Assembly: GCF_009914755.1 (NCBI RefSeq)
Contig: NC_060937.1
DNA: 64,000 nt
Direction: 5' to 3' (one strand)
DNA from: the human T2T-CHM13v2.0 reference genome, Homo sapiens
Shown here: one piece after another, positions 47,781 to 63,700 of the stretch
Layout of the letters: every line of letters begins with the position of its first letter
How positions within the stretch are numbered: position 1 is the first letter of the stretch
Notes under the pieces: model-generated
What the model saw: the letters and a program-made list of their open reading frames with translations, nothing else
The model's database searches: none
Told to the model about the DNA's origin: nothing
Translations under genes and position numbers: made by a program

Positions 47781-50399
47781 CCCACAATATGTATTGTATT
47801 GTGTACATAAAATATGAAAGTAACCAAACATTTATAATAAACTGTACATAAAATATCAAAGTACTCAAACTGTATATTATATACTGTACATAAAGTATCA
47901 AAGTACCCAAACTGTGTAGTATATACTGTACATAAAATATCAAGGTACCCAAAATATATATTGTAAACTGTAGATAAAATATCAAAGTACCCAAAATATA
48001 TATTATATACTGTACATAAAATATGAAGGCACATCCAATATATATTATATTCTGTACATAAAATATCAAAGTACACCAAATGTATATTATATACTGTACA
48101 TAAAATATCAAAGTACCCAAAGTGTATATTATATACTGTACATAAAATATGAAGGTTCATCAAATATATTTTATATTCTGCACATAATATATCAAAGTAC
48201 AGCAAATATATATTATATACTGTACATAAAATATCAAAGTACCCAAAATATGTATTATATACTGTACATAAAATATGAAAGTAAGCAAACATTTATAATA
48301 AACTGTACATAAAGTATCAAAGTACTCAAACTACATATTATATACAGTATATAAAATATCAAAGTACCCAAACTGTATATTATATACTGTACATAATATA
48401 TCAAAGTACCCGAATATATAGCATACTCTACATAAAATATCAAAGTACCCAAAGTTTGTATTATACACTGCACATAAAATATGAAGGTACAACAAAGATA
48501 TATTATATTCTCTACATAAAATATCAAAGTACACCAAATATATATTATATGCTGTACATAATATATTAAAGTCGACCAAATATATATTATATACTGTACA
48601 TAAAATATGAAGGTACATCAAATATATATTATATGCTGCACATAAAATATCAAAGTACCCAAAGTATGTGTTATATACTGTACATAAAATATCAAAGTAC
48701 CCAAAGTATATATTATATACTGTACATAAAATATAAAATACCCCAAATATATATTATATGCTCTACATAAAATATCAAAGTACACAAAATATGTATTATA
48801 TACTGTACATAAAATACCAAAGGACCCAAAATATATATTATATACTGTACATAAAATATCAAAATACCCAAAATATATATTATATACTGTACATAAAATA
48901 CCAAAGTACCCAAAGTATATGTTATATACCGTACAAAAAATATCAAAGTAGCCAAAATATGTATTATACACTGTACATAATATATGAAAGTACCCAAACA
49001 TTTATAATAAACTGTACATAAAATATCAATGTACTCAAACTATATATTATGTGCGGTACATAAGATATCAAAGTACCCATACTATATAGTATATACTGTA
49101 CTTAAAATATCAAAATACCCAAAATATATATTATATACGTTACATAAACTATCAAATACACAAAGTATGTATTATATACTGTACATAAAATAGCAAAGTT
49201 CCCAAAATATGTATTATATACTGTACATAAAATATGAAAGTACCCAACCATTTATAATAAAGTCTACATAAAATACCAAAGTACCCAAACTGTGTATTAT
49301 ATACTGTCCATAAAATATCAAAGGACCCAAAATATATATTGTAAACTCTACATAAAATATTAAAGTAGCCAAAATACATATTGTATACTGTACATAAAAT
49401 ATAAAAGTACCCCAAATATATATTATATACTGTACATAAAATATCAAAGTACCCATAATACATATTATATACTGTACATAAAATATCAAAGGACCCAAAA
49501 TAAACATTATATACTGTACATAAAATATCCAAATACTCAAAATATATATTACATACTGTACATAAAATATCAAAGTACCCAAATTATGTATTATGTACTG
49601 TACGTAAAATATCAGAGTACCCAAATATGCATTATATACTGTACATAAAAAATGAAAGTAACAAAACATTTATAATAAACTGTACATAAAATATCAAAGT
49701 ACTCAAACTATATATCATATACTGTACATAAAATATCAAAGTACCCAAACTGTGTATTATTATATACTGTATATAAAATATCAAAGTACCTGAAATATAT
49801 ACTGTATACTGTACATAAAATATCAAAGTACCCAAAATATATACTATATACTGTACATAAAATATGAAGGTACATCAAATATATATTATATCCTGTACAT
49901 AAAATATCAAAGTACACCTATTATATATTGTGTACTGTACATAATATATTAAATCGCCCAAATATATATTGTATACTGTATATAAAATATGAAGGTACTT
50001 CAAATATATATTAAATGCTGCACATAAAATATCAAAGTACCCAAAGAATGCATTACATACTGTACATAAAATATCAAAATACACATGTTATCTATTATAT
50101 AATGTACATAAAGTATGAAGGTTCATCAAATATATATTATATTCTGTACATAATATATCAAAGTACATCAAATATATATTATATACTGTACATAAAATAT
50201 CAAAGTACCAAAAATATGTATTATATACTGTACATAAAACATGAAAGTAACCAAACATTTATAATAAACTGTACATAAAATATCAAAGTACTCAATCTAC
50301 ATATTATATACAGTATATAAAATATCAAAGTACACAAACTGTATATTATATACTGTACATAATATATCAAAGTACCCAGAATATATAGCATACTGTACA

Positions 50400-53300
50400 T
50401 ACAATATCAAAGTACCCAGAATGTATATTGTATTCTGTACATAAAATATGAATGTACATCAAAGATATATTATATTCTGTACATAAAATATCAAAGTACA
50501 CCAAATATATATTATATGCTGTACATAATATATTAAAGTTGCCCATGCATACATTTTATACTGTACATAAAATATGAAGGTACATCAAATATATAGTATA
50601 TGCTGCACATAAAATATCAAAGTACCCAAAGTATGTATTATATACTGTACATAAAATATCAAAGTACCAAAAGTATATATTACCTACTGTAAATAAAATA
50701 TGAAGATACCTCAAATATATATTATATTCTGTACATGAAATATCAAAGTACACCAAGTATATACTATATAGTCTACATAAAATATTAAATTACCCAAAAT
50801 ATGTATTGTATTGTGTACATAAAATATGAAAGTAACCAAACATTTATAATAAACTGTACATAAAATATCAAAGTACTCAAACTTTATATTATATACTGTA
50901 CATAAAGTATCAAAGTACCCAAACTGTGTAGTATATACTGTACATAAAATATCAAGGTACCCAAAATGTATACTGTAAACTGTAGATAAAATATCAAAGT
51001 ACCCAAAATATATATTATATACTGTACATAAAATATGAAGGCTCATCCAATATATATTATATTCTGTACATAAAATATCAAAGTACACCAAATGTATATT
51101 ATATACTGTACATAAAATATAAAACTACCCCAAATATATCTTATATACTCTACATAAAATATCAAAGTACCCAAAATATATATTATATACTGTACATAAA
51201 ATATCAAAGTACCCATAGTATGTATTATATCCTGTACATAAAATATGAAGGTACATCAAATATATATTCTATTCTGCACATAAAATATCATATTGCACCA
51301 AATATATATTGTATACTGTATATAAAATATGAAGGTACTTCAAATATATATTATATGCTGCACATAAAATATCAAAGTACCCAAAGTATGCATTATATAC
51401 TGTACATAAAATATCAAAGTACCCAAAGTGTATATTATATACTGTACATAAAATATGAAGGTTCATCAAATATATTTTATATTCTGCACATAATATATCA
51501 AAGTACAGCAAATATATATTATATACTATACATAAAATATCAAAGTACCCAAAATATGTATTATATACTGTACATAAAATATGAAAGTAACCAAACATTT
51601 ATAATAAACTGTACATAAAATATCAAAGTACTCAAACTACATATTATATACAGTATATAAAATGTCAAAGTACCCAAACTGTATATTATATACTGTACAT
51701 AATATATCAAAGTACCCGAATATATAGCATACTGTACATAAAATATCAAAGTACCCAAAATATATATTGTATACTGTACATAAAATATGAAGGTACATCA
51801 AAGATATATTATATTCTGTACATAAAATATCAAAGTACACCAAATATATATTATATGCTGTACAGAATATATTAAAGTCGACCAAATATATATTATATAC
51901 TGTACATAAAATATGAAGGTACATCAAATATATATTATATGCTGCACATAAAATATCAAAGTACCCAAAGTATGTATTATATACTGTACATAAAATATCA
52001 AAGTACCCAAAGTATATATTATATACTGTACATAAAATATAAAATACCCCAAATATATATTATATCCTGTACATAAAATATCAAAGTACCCAAAATATAT
52101 ATTGTAAATTGTACATAAAATATCAAAGTAGCCAAAATATATATTGTATACTGTACATAAAATATGAAGGTACAACAAATATATATTATATCCTGTACAT
52201 AAAATATCAAAGTACCCAAAATATATATTGTAAATTGTACATAAAATATCAAAGTAGCCAAAATATATATTGTATACTGTACATAAAATATAAAAGTACC
52301 CCAAATATGTATTATATACTGTACATAAAATATCAAAGTACCGATAATACATATTATATACTGTACATAAAATATCAAAGGACCCAAAATAAACATTATA
52401 TACTGTACATAAAATATCCAAATACTCAAAATATATATTACATACTGTACATAAAATATCAAAGTACCCAAATTATGTATTATATACTGTACGTAAAATA
52501 TCAGAGTACCCAAAATATGCATTATATACTGTACATAAAATATGAAAGTAACAAAACATTTATAATAAACTGTACATAAAATATCAAAGTACTCAAACTA
52601 TATATCATATACTGTACATAAAATATCAAAGTACCCAAACTGTATATTATTATATACTGTATATAAAATATCAAAGTACCTGAAATATATATTGTATACT
52701 GTACATAAAATATCAAAGTACCCAAAATATATACTATATACTGTACATAAAATATGAAGGTACATAAATATATATTATATCCTGTACATAAAATATCAAA
52801 GTACACCTATTATATATTGTGTACTCTACATAATATATTAAGTCGCCCAAATATATATTGTATACTGTATATAAAATATGAAGGTACTTCAAATATATAT
52901 TATATGCTGCACATAAAATATCAAAGTACCCAAGGTATGCATTACATACTGTACATAAAATATCAAAGTACACATATTATATATTATATAATATACATAA
53001 AATATGAAGGTTCATCAAATATATATTATATTCTGTACATAATATATCAAAGTACATCAAATATATATTATATACTGTACATAAAATATCAAAGTACCAA
53101 AAATATGTATTATATACTGTACATAAAATATGAAAGTAACCAAACATTTATAATATACTGTACATAAAATATCAAAGTACTCAGTCTACATATTACATAC
53201 AGTATATAAAATATCAAAGTACACACACTGTATATTATATACTGTACATAATATATCAAAGTACCCAGAATATATAACATACTGTACATAAAATATCAAA

Positions 53301-54715
53301 GTACCCGAAATATATATGGTATACTGTACATAAAATATGAAGGTACATCAAAGATATATTATATTCTGTACATAAAATATCAAACTACACCAAATATATA
53401 TTATATGCTGTACATAATATATTAAAGTTGCCCAAATACACATTCTATACTGTACATAAAATATGAACGTACATCAAATATATAGTATATGCTGCACATA
53501 AAATATCAAAGTACCCAAAGTATGTATTATACACTGTACATAAAATATCAAAGTACCAAAAGTATATATTACATACTGTAAATAAAATATGAAGGTACCT
53601 CAAATATATATTATATTCTGTACATAAAATATCAAAGTCCACCAAGTATATACTATATACTCTGCATAAAATATTAAATTACCCAAAATATGTATTGCAT
53701 TGTGTACATAAAATATGAAAGTAACCAAACATTTATAATAAACTGTACATAAAATATCAAAGTACTCAAACTGTATATTATATACTGTACATAAAGTATC
53801 AAAGTACCCAAACTGTGTAGTATATACTGTACATAAAATATCAAGGTACCCAAAATATATATTGTAAACTGTAGATTAAATATCAAAGTACCCAAAATAT
53901 ATATTATATACTGTACATAAAATATGAAGGCACATCCAATATATACTATATTCTGTACATAAAATATCAAAGTACACCAAATGTATATTATATACTGTAC
54001 ATAAAATATCAAAGTACCCAAAGTGTATATTATATACTGTACATAAAATATGAAGGTTCATCAAATATATTTTATATTCTGCACATAATATATCAAAGTA
54101 CAGCAAATATATATTATATACTGTACATAAAATATCAAAGTACCCAAAATATGTATTATATACTGTACATAAAATATGAAAGTAACCAAACATTTATAAT
54201 AAACTTTACATAAAGTATCAAAGTACTCAAACTACATATTATATACAGTATATAAAATATCAAAGTACCCCAACTGTATATTATATACTGTACATAATAT
54301 ATCAAAGTACCCAAATATATAGCATACTGTACATAAAATATCAAAGTACCCAAAATATATATTATATACTGTACATAAAATATCAAAATACCCAAAATAT
54401 ATATTATATACTGTACATAAATTACCAAAGTACCCAAAGTATATATTATGTAACGTACAAAAAATATCAAAGTAGCCAAAATATGTATTATACACTGTAC
54501 TTAATATATGAAAGTACCCAAACATTTATAATAAACTGTAAATAAAATATCAATGTACTCAAACTATATATTATGTGCGGTACATAAGATATCAAAGTAC
54601 CCATGCTATATAGTATATACTGTACTTAAAATATCAAAATACCCAAAATATATATTATATACGTTACATAAACTATCAAATACACAAAGTATGTATTATA
54701 TACTGTACATAAAAT
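50400..54715 (+). repeat. Third copy of ~1000-5270, offset 49402 then 49444 after one extra monomer
   Basis: ORF pairs 1154/50556, 2522/51924, 3310/52754 and 4788/54232. Shared variants TATAGTCTAC, GGCTCATCC, AAACTTTACAT and CCATGCTATA. Confidence 0.8.
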
Positions 54716-57700
54716 AGAAAAGTTCCCAAAATATGTATTATATATATTATAAATATGTACATAAAATATGAAAGTACCCAACCATTTATAATAAACTCTA
54801 CATAAAACACCAAAGTACCCAAACTGTGTATTATATACTGTCCATAAAATATCAAAGTACCCAAAATATATATTGTAAACTGTACATAAAATATCAAAGT
54901 AGCCAAAATACATATTGTATACTGTACATAAAATATAAAAGTACCCCAAATATATATTATATACTGTACATAAAATATCAAAGTACCCATAATACATATT
55001 ATATACTGTACATAAAATATCAAAGGACCCAAAATAAACATTATATACTGTACATAAAATATCCAAATACTCAAAATATATATTACATACTGTACATAAA
55101 ATATCAAAGTACCCAAATTATGTACTATATACTGTACGTAAAATATCAGAGTACCCAAAATATGCGTTATATACTGTACATAAAATATGAAAGTAACAAA
55201 ACATTTATAATAAACTGTACATAAAATATCAAAGTACTCAAACTATATATCATATACTGTACATAAAATATCAAAGTACCCAAACTGTGTATTATTATAT
55301 ACTGTATATAAAATATCAAAGTACCTGAAATATATATTGTATACTGTACATAAAATATCAAAGTACACAAAATATATACTATATACTGTACATAAAATAT
55401 GAAGGTACATCAAATATATATTATATCCTGTACATAAAATAACAAAGTACACCTATTATATATTGTGTACTGTACATAATATATTAAATCGCCCAAATAT
55501 ATATTGTATACTGTATATAAAATATGAAGGTACTTCAAATATATATTATATGCTGCACATAAAATATCAAAGTACCCAAGGTATGCATTACATACTGTAC
55601 ATAAAATATCAAAGTACACAAATTATATATTATATACTGTACATAAAATCTGTAGGTTCATCAAATATATTTTATATTCTGTACATAATATATCAAAGTA
55701 CATCAAATATATATTATATACGGTACATAAAATATCAAATTACCCAAAATATATATTATTTACTGTACATAAAATATGAAAGTAACCAAACATTTATAAT
55801 AAACTGTACATAAATTATCAAAGTACTCAATCTACATATTATATACAGTATATAAAATATCAAAGTACACAAACTGTATATTATATACTGTACATAATAT
55901 GTCAAAGTACCCAGAATATATAGCATACTGTACATACAATATCAAAGTACCCAAAATATATATTGTATACTGTACATAAAATATGAAGGTACATCAAAGA
56001 TATATTATATTCTGTACATAAAATATCAAAGTACACCAAATATATATTATATGCTGTACATAATATATTAAAGTTGCCCATGTATACATTTTATACTGTA
56101 CATAAAATATGAAGGTACATCAAATATATAGTATATGCTGCACATAAAATATCAAAGTACCCAAAGTATGTATTATATACTGTACATAAAATATCAAAGT
56201 ACCAAAAGTATATATTACCTACTGTAAATAAAATGTGAAGATACCTCAAATATATATTATATTCTGTACATGAAATATCAAAGTACACCAAGTATATACT
56301 ATATACTCTACATAAAATATTAAATTACCCAAAATATGTATTGTATTGTGTACATAAAATATGAAAATAACCAAACATTTATAATAAACTGTACATAAAA
56401 TATCAAAGTACTCAAACTTTATATTATATACTGTACATAAAGTATCAAAGTACCCAAACTGTGTAGTATATACTGTACATAAAATATCAAGGTACCCAAA
56501 ATGTATATTGTAAACTGTAGATAAAATATCAAAGTACCCAAAATATATATTATATACTGTACATAAAATATGAAGGCACATCCAATATATATTATATTCT
56601 GTACATAAAATATCAAAGTACACCAAATGTATATTATATACTGTACATAAAATATAAAACTACCCCAAATATATATTATATACTCTACATAAAATATCAA
56701 AGTACCCAAAATATATATTATATACTGTACATAATATATCAAAGTACCCATAGTATGTATTATATCCTGTACATAAAATATGAAAGTACGTCAAATATAT
56801 ATTCTATTCTGCACATAAAATATCATATTGCACCAAATATATATTGTATACTGTATATAAAATATGAAGGTACTTCAAATATATATTATATGCTGCACAT
56901 AAAATATCAAAGTACCCAAAGTATGCATTATATACTGTACATAAAATATCAAAGTACCCAAAGTGTATATTATATACTGTACATAAAATATGAAGGTTCA
57001 TCAAATATATTTTATATTCTGCACATAATATATCAAAGTACAGCAAATATATATTATATACTGTACATAAAATAACAAAGTAACAAAAATATGTATTATA
57101 TACTGTACATAAAATATGAAAGTAACCAAATATTTATAATAAACTGTATATAAAATATCAAAGTACTCAAACTACATATTATATACAGTATATAAAATAT
57201 CAAAGTACCCAAACTATATATTATATACTGTACATACTATATCAAAGTACCCGAATATAGAGCATACTGTACATAAAATATCAAATTACCCAAAATATAT
57301 ATTGTATACTGTACATAAAATATGAAGGTACATCAAAGATATATTATATTCTGTACATAAAATATCAAAGTACACCAAATATATATTATATGCTGTACAG
57401 AATATATTAAAGTCGACCAAATGTATATTATATAGTGTACATAAAATATGAAGGTACATCAAATATATATTATATGCTGCACATAAAATATCAAAGTACC
57501 CAAAGTATGTATTATATACTGTACATAAAATATCAAAGTACCCAAAGTATATATTATATACTGTACATAAAATATAAAATACCCCAAATATATATTATAT
57601 GCTGTACATAAAATATCAAAGTACACAAAATATGCATTATGTACTGTACATAAATTATCAAAGGACCCAAAATATATATTATATAGTGTACATAAAATAT

Positions 57701-60700
57701 CAAAATACCCAAAATATATATTATATACTGTACATAAAATACCAAAGTACCCAAAGTATATATTATATACTGTATAAAAAATATCAAAGTAGCCAAAATA
57801 TGTATTATACACTGTACATAATATATGAAAGTACCCAAACATTTATAATAAACTGTACATAAAATATCAATGTACTCAAATTATATATTATGTGCGGTAC
57901 TTAAGATATCAAAGTACCCATACTATATAGTATGTACTGTACTTAAAATATCAAAATACCCAAAATATATATTATATACGTTACATAAACTATCAAATAC
58001 ACAAAGTATGTATTACATACTGTACATAAAATAGCAAAGTTCCCAAAATATGTATTATATACTGTACATAAAATATGAAAGTAACCAACCATTTATAATA
58101 AACTCTACATAAAATACCAAAGTACCCAAACTGTGTATTATATACTCTCCATAAAATATCAAAGTACCCAAAATATATATTGTCAACTGTACATAAAATA
58201 TCAAAGTAGCCAAAATATATATAGTATACCGTACATAAAATATAAAAGTACCCCAAATATGTATTATATACTGTACATAAAATATCAAAGTACCGATAAT
58301 ACATATTATATAGTGTACATAAAATATCAGAGGACCCAAAATAAACATTATATACTGTACATAAAATATCCAAATACTCAAAATATATATTACATACTGT
58401 ACATAAAATATCAAAGTACCCAAATTATGTATTATATACTGTACATAAAATATCAGAGTACCCAAAATATGCATTATATACTGTACATAAAATATGAAAG
58501 TAACAAAACATTTATAATAAACTGTACATAAAATATCAAAGTACTCAAACTATATATCATATACTGTACATAAAATATCAAAGTACCCAAACTGTGTATT
58601 ATTATATACTGTATATAAAATATCAAAGTACCTGAAATATATACTGTATACTGTACATAAAATATCAAAGTACCCAAAATATATACTATATACTGTACAT
58701 AAAATATGAAGGTACATCAAATATATATTATATCCTGTACATAAAATATCAAAGTACACCTATTATATATTGTGTACTGTACATAATATATTAAATCGCC
58801 CAAATATATATTGTATACTGTATATAAAATATGAAGGTACTTCAAATATATATTATATGCTGCACATAAAATATCAAAGTACCCAAAGTATGCATTACAT
58901 ACTGTACATAAAATATCAAAGTACACATATTATCTATTATATAATGTACATAAAATATGAAGGTTCATCAAATATATATTATATTCTGTACATAATATAT
59001 CAAAGTACATCAAATATATATTATATACTGTACATAAAATATCAAAGTACCAAAAATATGTATTATATACTGTACATAAAACATGAAAGTAACCAAACAT
59101 TTATAATAAACTGTACTTAAAATATCAAAGTACTCAATCTACATATTATATACAGTATATAAAATATCAAAGTACACAAACTGTATATTATATACTGTAC
59201 ATAATATATCAAAGTACCCAGAATATATAGCATACTGTACTTAAAATATCAAAGTACCCAAAATATATATTGTATACTGTACATAAAATATGAAGGTACA
59301 TCAAAGATATATTATATTCTGTACATAAAATATCAAAGTACACCAAATATATATTATATGCTGTACATAATATATTAAAGTTGCCCATATATACATTATA
59401 TACTGTACATAAAATATGAACGTACATCAAATATATAGTATATGCTGCACATAAAATATCAAAGTACCCAAAGTATGTATTATACACTGTACATAAAATA
59501 TCAAAGTACCAAAAGTATATATTACATACTGTAAATAAAATATGAAGGTACCTCAAATATATATTATATTCTGTACATAAAATATCAAAGTACACCAAGT
59601 ATATACTATATACTCTGCATAAAATATTAAATTACCCAAAATATGTATTGCATTGTGTACATAAAATATGAAAGTAACCAAACATTTATAATAAACTGTA
59701 CTAAAATATCAAAGTACTCAAACTGTATATTATATACTGTACATAAAGTATCAAAGTACCCAAACTGTGTAGTATATACTGTACATAAAATATCAAGGTA
59801 CCCAAAATATATATTGTAAACTGTAGATAAAATATCAAAGTACCCAAAATATATATTATATACTGTACATAAAATATGAAGGCACATCCAATATATATTA
59901 TATTCTGTACATAAAATATCAAAGTACACCAAATGTATATTATATACTGTACATAAAATATCAAAGTACCCAAAGTGTATATTATATACTGTACATAAAA
60001 TATGAAGATTCATCAAATATATTTTATATTCTGCACATAATATATCAAAGTACAGCAAATATATATTATATACTGTACATAAAATATCAAAGTACCCAAA
60101 ATATGTATTATATACTGTACATAAAATATGAAAGTAACCAAACATTTATAATAAACTGTACATAAAGTATCAACGTACTCAAACTACATATTATATACAG
60201 TATATAAAATGTCAAAGTACCCAAACTGTACATTATATACTGTACATAATATATCAAAGTACCTGAATATATAGCATACTGTACATAAAATATCAAAGTA
60301 CCCAAAGTGTGTATTATACACTGCACATAAAATATGAAGGTACATAAAATATATATTGTATTCTGTACATAAAATATCAAAGTACTCCAAATATATATTA
60401 TATGCTGTACATAATATATTAAAGTCGCCCAAATATATATTATATACTGTACATAAAATATGAAGGTACATCAAATATATATTATATGCTGCACATAAAA
60501 TATCAAAGTACCCAAAGTATGTGTTATATACTGTACATAAAATATCAAAGTACCCAAAGTATATATTATATACTGTACATAAAATATAAAATACCCCAAA
60601 TATATATTATATGCTGTACATAAAATATCAAAGTACACAAAATATGTATTATATACTGTACATAAAATACCAAAGGACCCAAAATATATATTATATACTG

Positions 60701-63700
60701 TACATAAAATATCAAAATACCCAAAATATATATTATATACTGTACATAAAATACCAAAGTACCCAAAGTATATATTATATACCGTACAAAAAATGTCAAA
60801 GTAGCCAAAATATGTATTATACACTGTACATAATATATGAAAGTACCCAAACATTTATAATAAACTGTACATAAAATATCAATGTACTCAAACTATATAT
60901 TATGTGCGGTACATAAGATATCAAATTACCCATAGTATATAGTATATACTGTACTTAAAATATCAAAATACCCAAAATATATATTATATACGTTACATAA
61001 ACTATCAAATACACAAAGTATGTATTATATACTGTACATAAAATAGCAAAGTTCCCAAAATATGTATTATATATATTATAAATATGTACATAAAATATGA
61101 AAGTACCCAACCATTTATAATAAATTCTACATAAAACACCAAAGTACCCAAACTGTGTATTATATACTGTCCATAAAATATCAAAGGACCCAAAATATAT
61201 ATTGTAAACTCTACATAAAATATCAAAGTAGCCAAAATACATATTGTATACTGTACATAAATTATAAAAGTACCCCAAATATATATTATATACTGTACAT
61301 AAAATATCAAAGTACCCATAATACATATTATATACTGTACATAAAATATCAAAGGACCCAAAATAAACATTATATACTGTACATAAAATATCCAAATACT
61401 CAAAATATATATTACATACTGTACATAAAATATCAAAGTACCCAAATTATGTATTATATACTGTACGTAAAATATCAGAGAACCCAAAATATGCATTATA
61501 TACTGTACATAAAATATGAAAGTAACAAAACATTTATAATAAACTGTACATAAAATATCAAAGTACTCAAACTATATATCATATACTGTACATAAAATAT
61601 CAAAGTACCCAAACTGTGTATTATTATATACTGTATATAAAATATCAAAGTACCTGAAATATATATTGTATACTGTACATAAAATATCAAAGTACACAAA
61701 ATATATACTATATACTGTACATAAAATATGAAGGTACATCAAATATATATTATATCCTGTACATAAAATATCAAAGTACACCTATTATATATTGTTTACT
61801 GTACATAATATATTAAATCGCCCAAATATATATTGTATACTGTATATAAAATATGAAGGTACTTCAAATATATATTATATGCTGCACATAAAATATCAAA
61901 GTACCCAAGGTATGCATTACATACTGTACATAAAATATCAAAGTACACAAATTATATATTATATACTGTACTTAAAATATGTAGGTTCATCAAATATATT
62001 TTATATTCTGTACATAATATATCAAAGTACATCAAATATATATTATATACGGTACATAAAATATCAAATTACCCAAAATATGCATTATTTACTGTACATA
62101 AAATATGAAAGTAACCAAACATTTATAATAAACTGTACATAAATTATCAAAGTACTCAATCTACATATTATATACAGTATATAAAATATCAAAGTACACA
62201 AACTGTATATTATATACTGTACATAATATGAAAAAGTACCCAGAATATATAGCATACTGTACATACAATATCAAAGTACCCAGAATGTATATTGTATACT
62301 GTACATAAAATATGAAGGTACATCAAAGATATATTATATTCTGTACATAAAATATCAAAGTACACCAAATATATATTATATGCTGTACATAATATATGAA
62401 AGTTGCCCATGTATACATTTTATACTGTACATAAAATATGAAGGTACATCAAATATATAGTATATGCTGCACATAAAATATCAAAGTACCCAAAGTATGT
62501 ATTATATACTGTACATAAAATATCAAAGTACCAAAAGTATATATTACCTACTGTAAATAAAATATGAAGATACCTCAAATATATATTATATTCTGTACAT
62601 GAAATATCAAAGTACACCAAGTATATACTATATACTCTACATAAAATATTAAATTACCCAAAATATGTATTGTATTGTGTACATAAAATATGAAAGTAAC
62701 CAAACATTTATAATAAACTGTACATAAAATATCAAAGTACTCAAACTGTATATTATATACTGTACATAAAGTATCAAAGTACCCAAACTGTGTAGTATAT
62801 ACTGTACATAAAATATCAAGGTACCCAAAATGTATATTGTAAACTGTAGATAAAATATCAAAGTACCCAAAATATATATTATATACTGTACATAAAATAT
62901 GAAGGCACATCCAATATATATTATATTCTGTACATAAAATATCAAAGTACACCAAATGTATATTATATACTGTACATAAAATATAAAACTACCCCAAATA
63001 TATCTTATATACTCTACATAAAATATCAAAGTACCCAAAATATATATTATATACTGTACATAATATATCAAAGTACCCATAGTATGTATTATATCCTGTA
63101 CATAAAATATGAAAGTACGTCAAATATATATTCTATTCTGCACATAAAATATCATATTGCACCAAATATATATTGTATACTGTATATAAAATATGAAGGT
63201 ACTTCAAATATATATTATATGCTGCACATAAAATATCAAAGTACCCAAAGTATGCATTATATACTGTACATAAAATATCAAAGTACCCAAAATGTATATT
63301 ATATACTGTACATAAAATATGAAGGTTCATCAAATATATTTTATATTCTGCACATAATATATGAAAGTACAGCAAATATATATTATATACTGTACATAAA
63401 ATAACAAAGTACCAAAAATATGTATTATATACTGTACATAAAATATGAAAGTAACCAAATATTTATAATAAACTGTATATAAAATATCAAAGTACTCAAA
63501 CAACATATTATATACAGTATATAAAATATCAAAGTACCCAAACTGTATATTATATACTGTACATACTATATCAAAGTACCCGAATATATAGCATACTGTA
63601 CATAAAATATCAAAGTACCCAAAATATATATTGTATACTGTACATAAAATGTGAAGGTACATTAAAGATATATTATATTCTGTACATAAAATATCAAATT

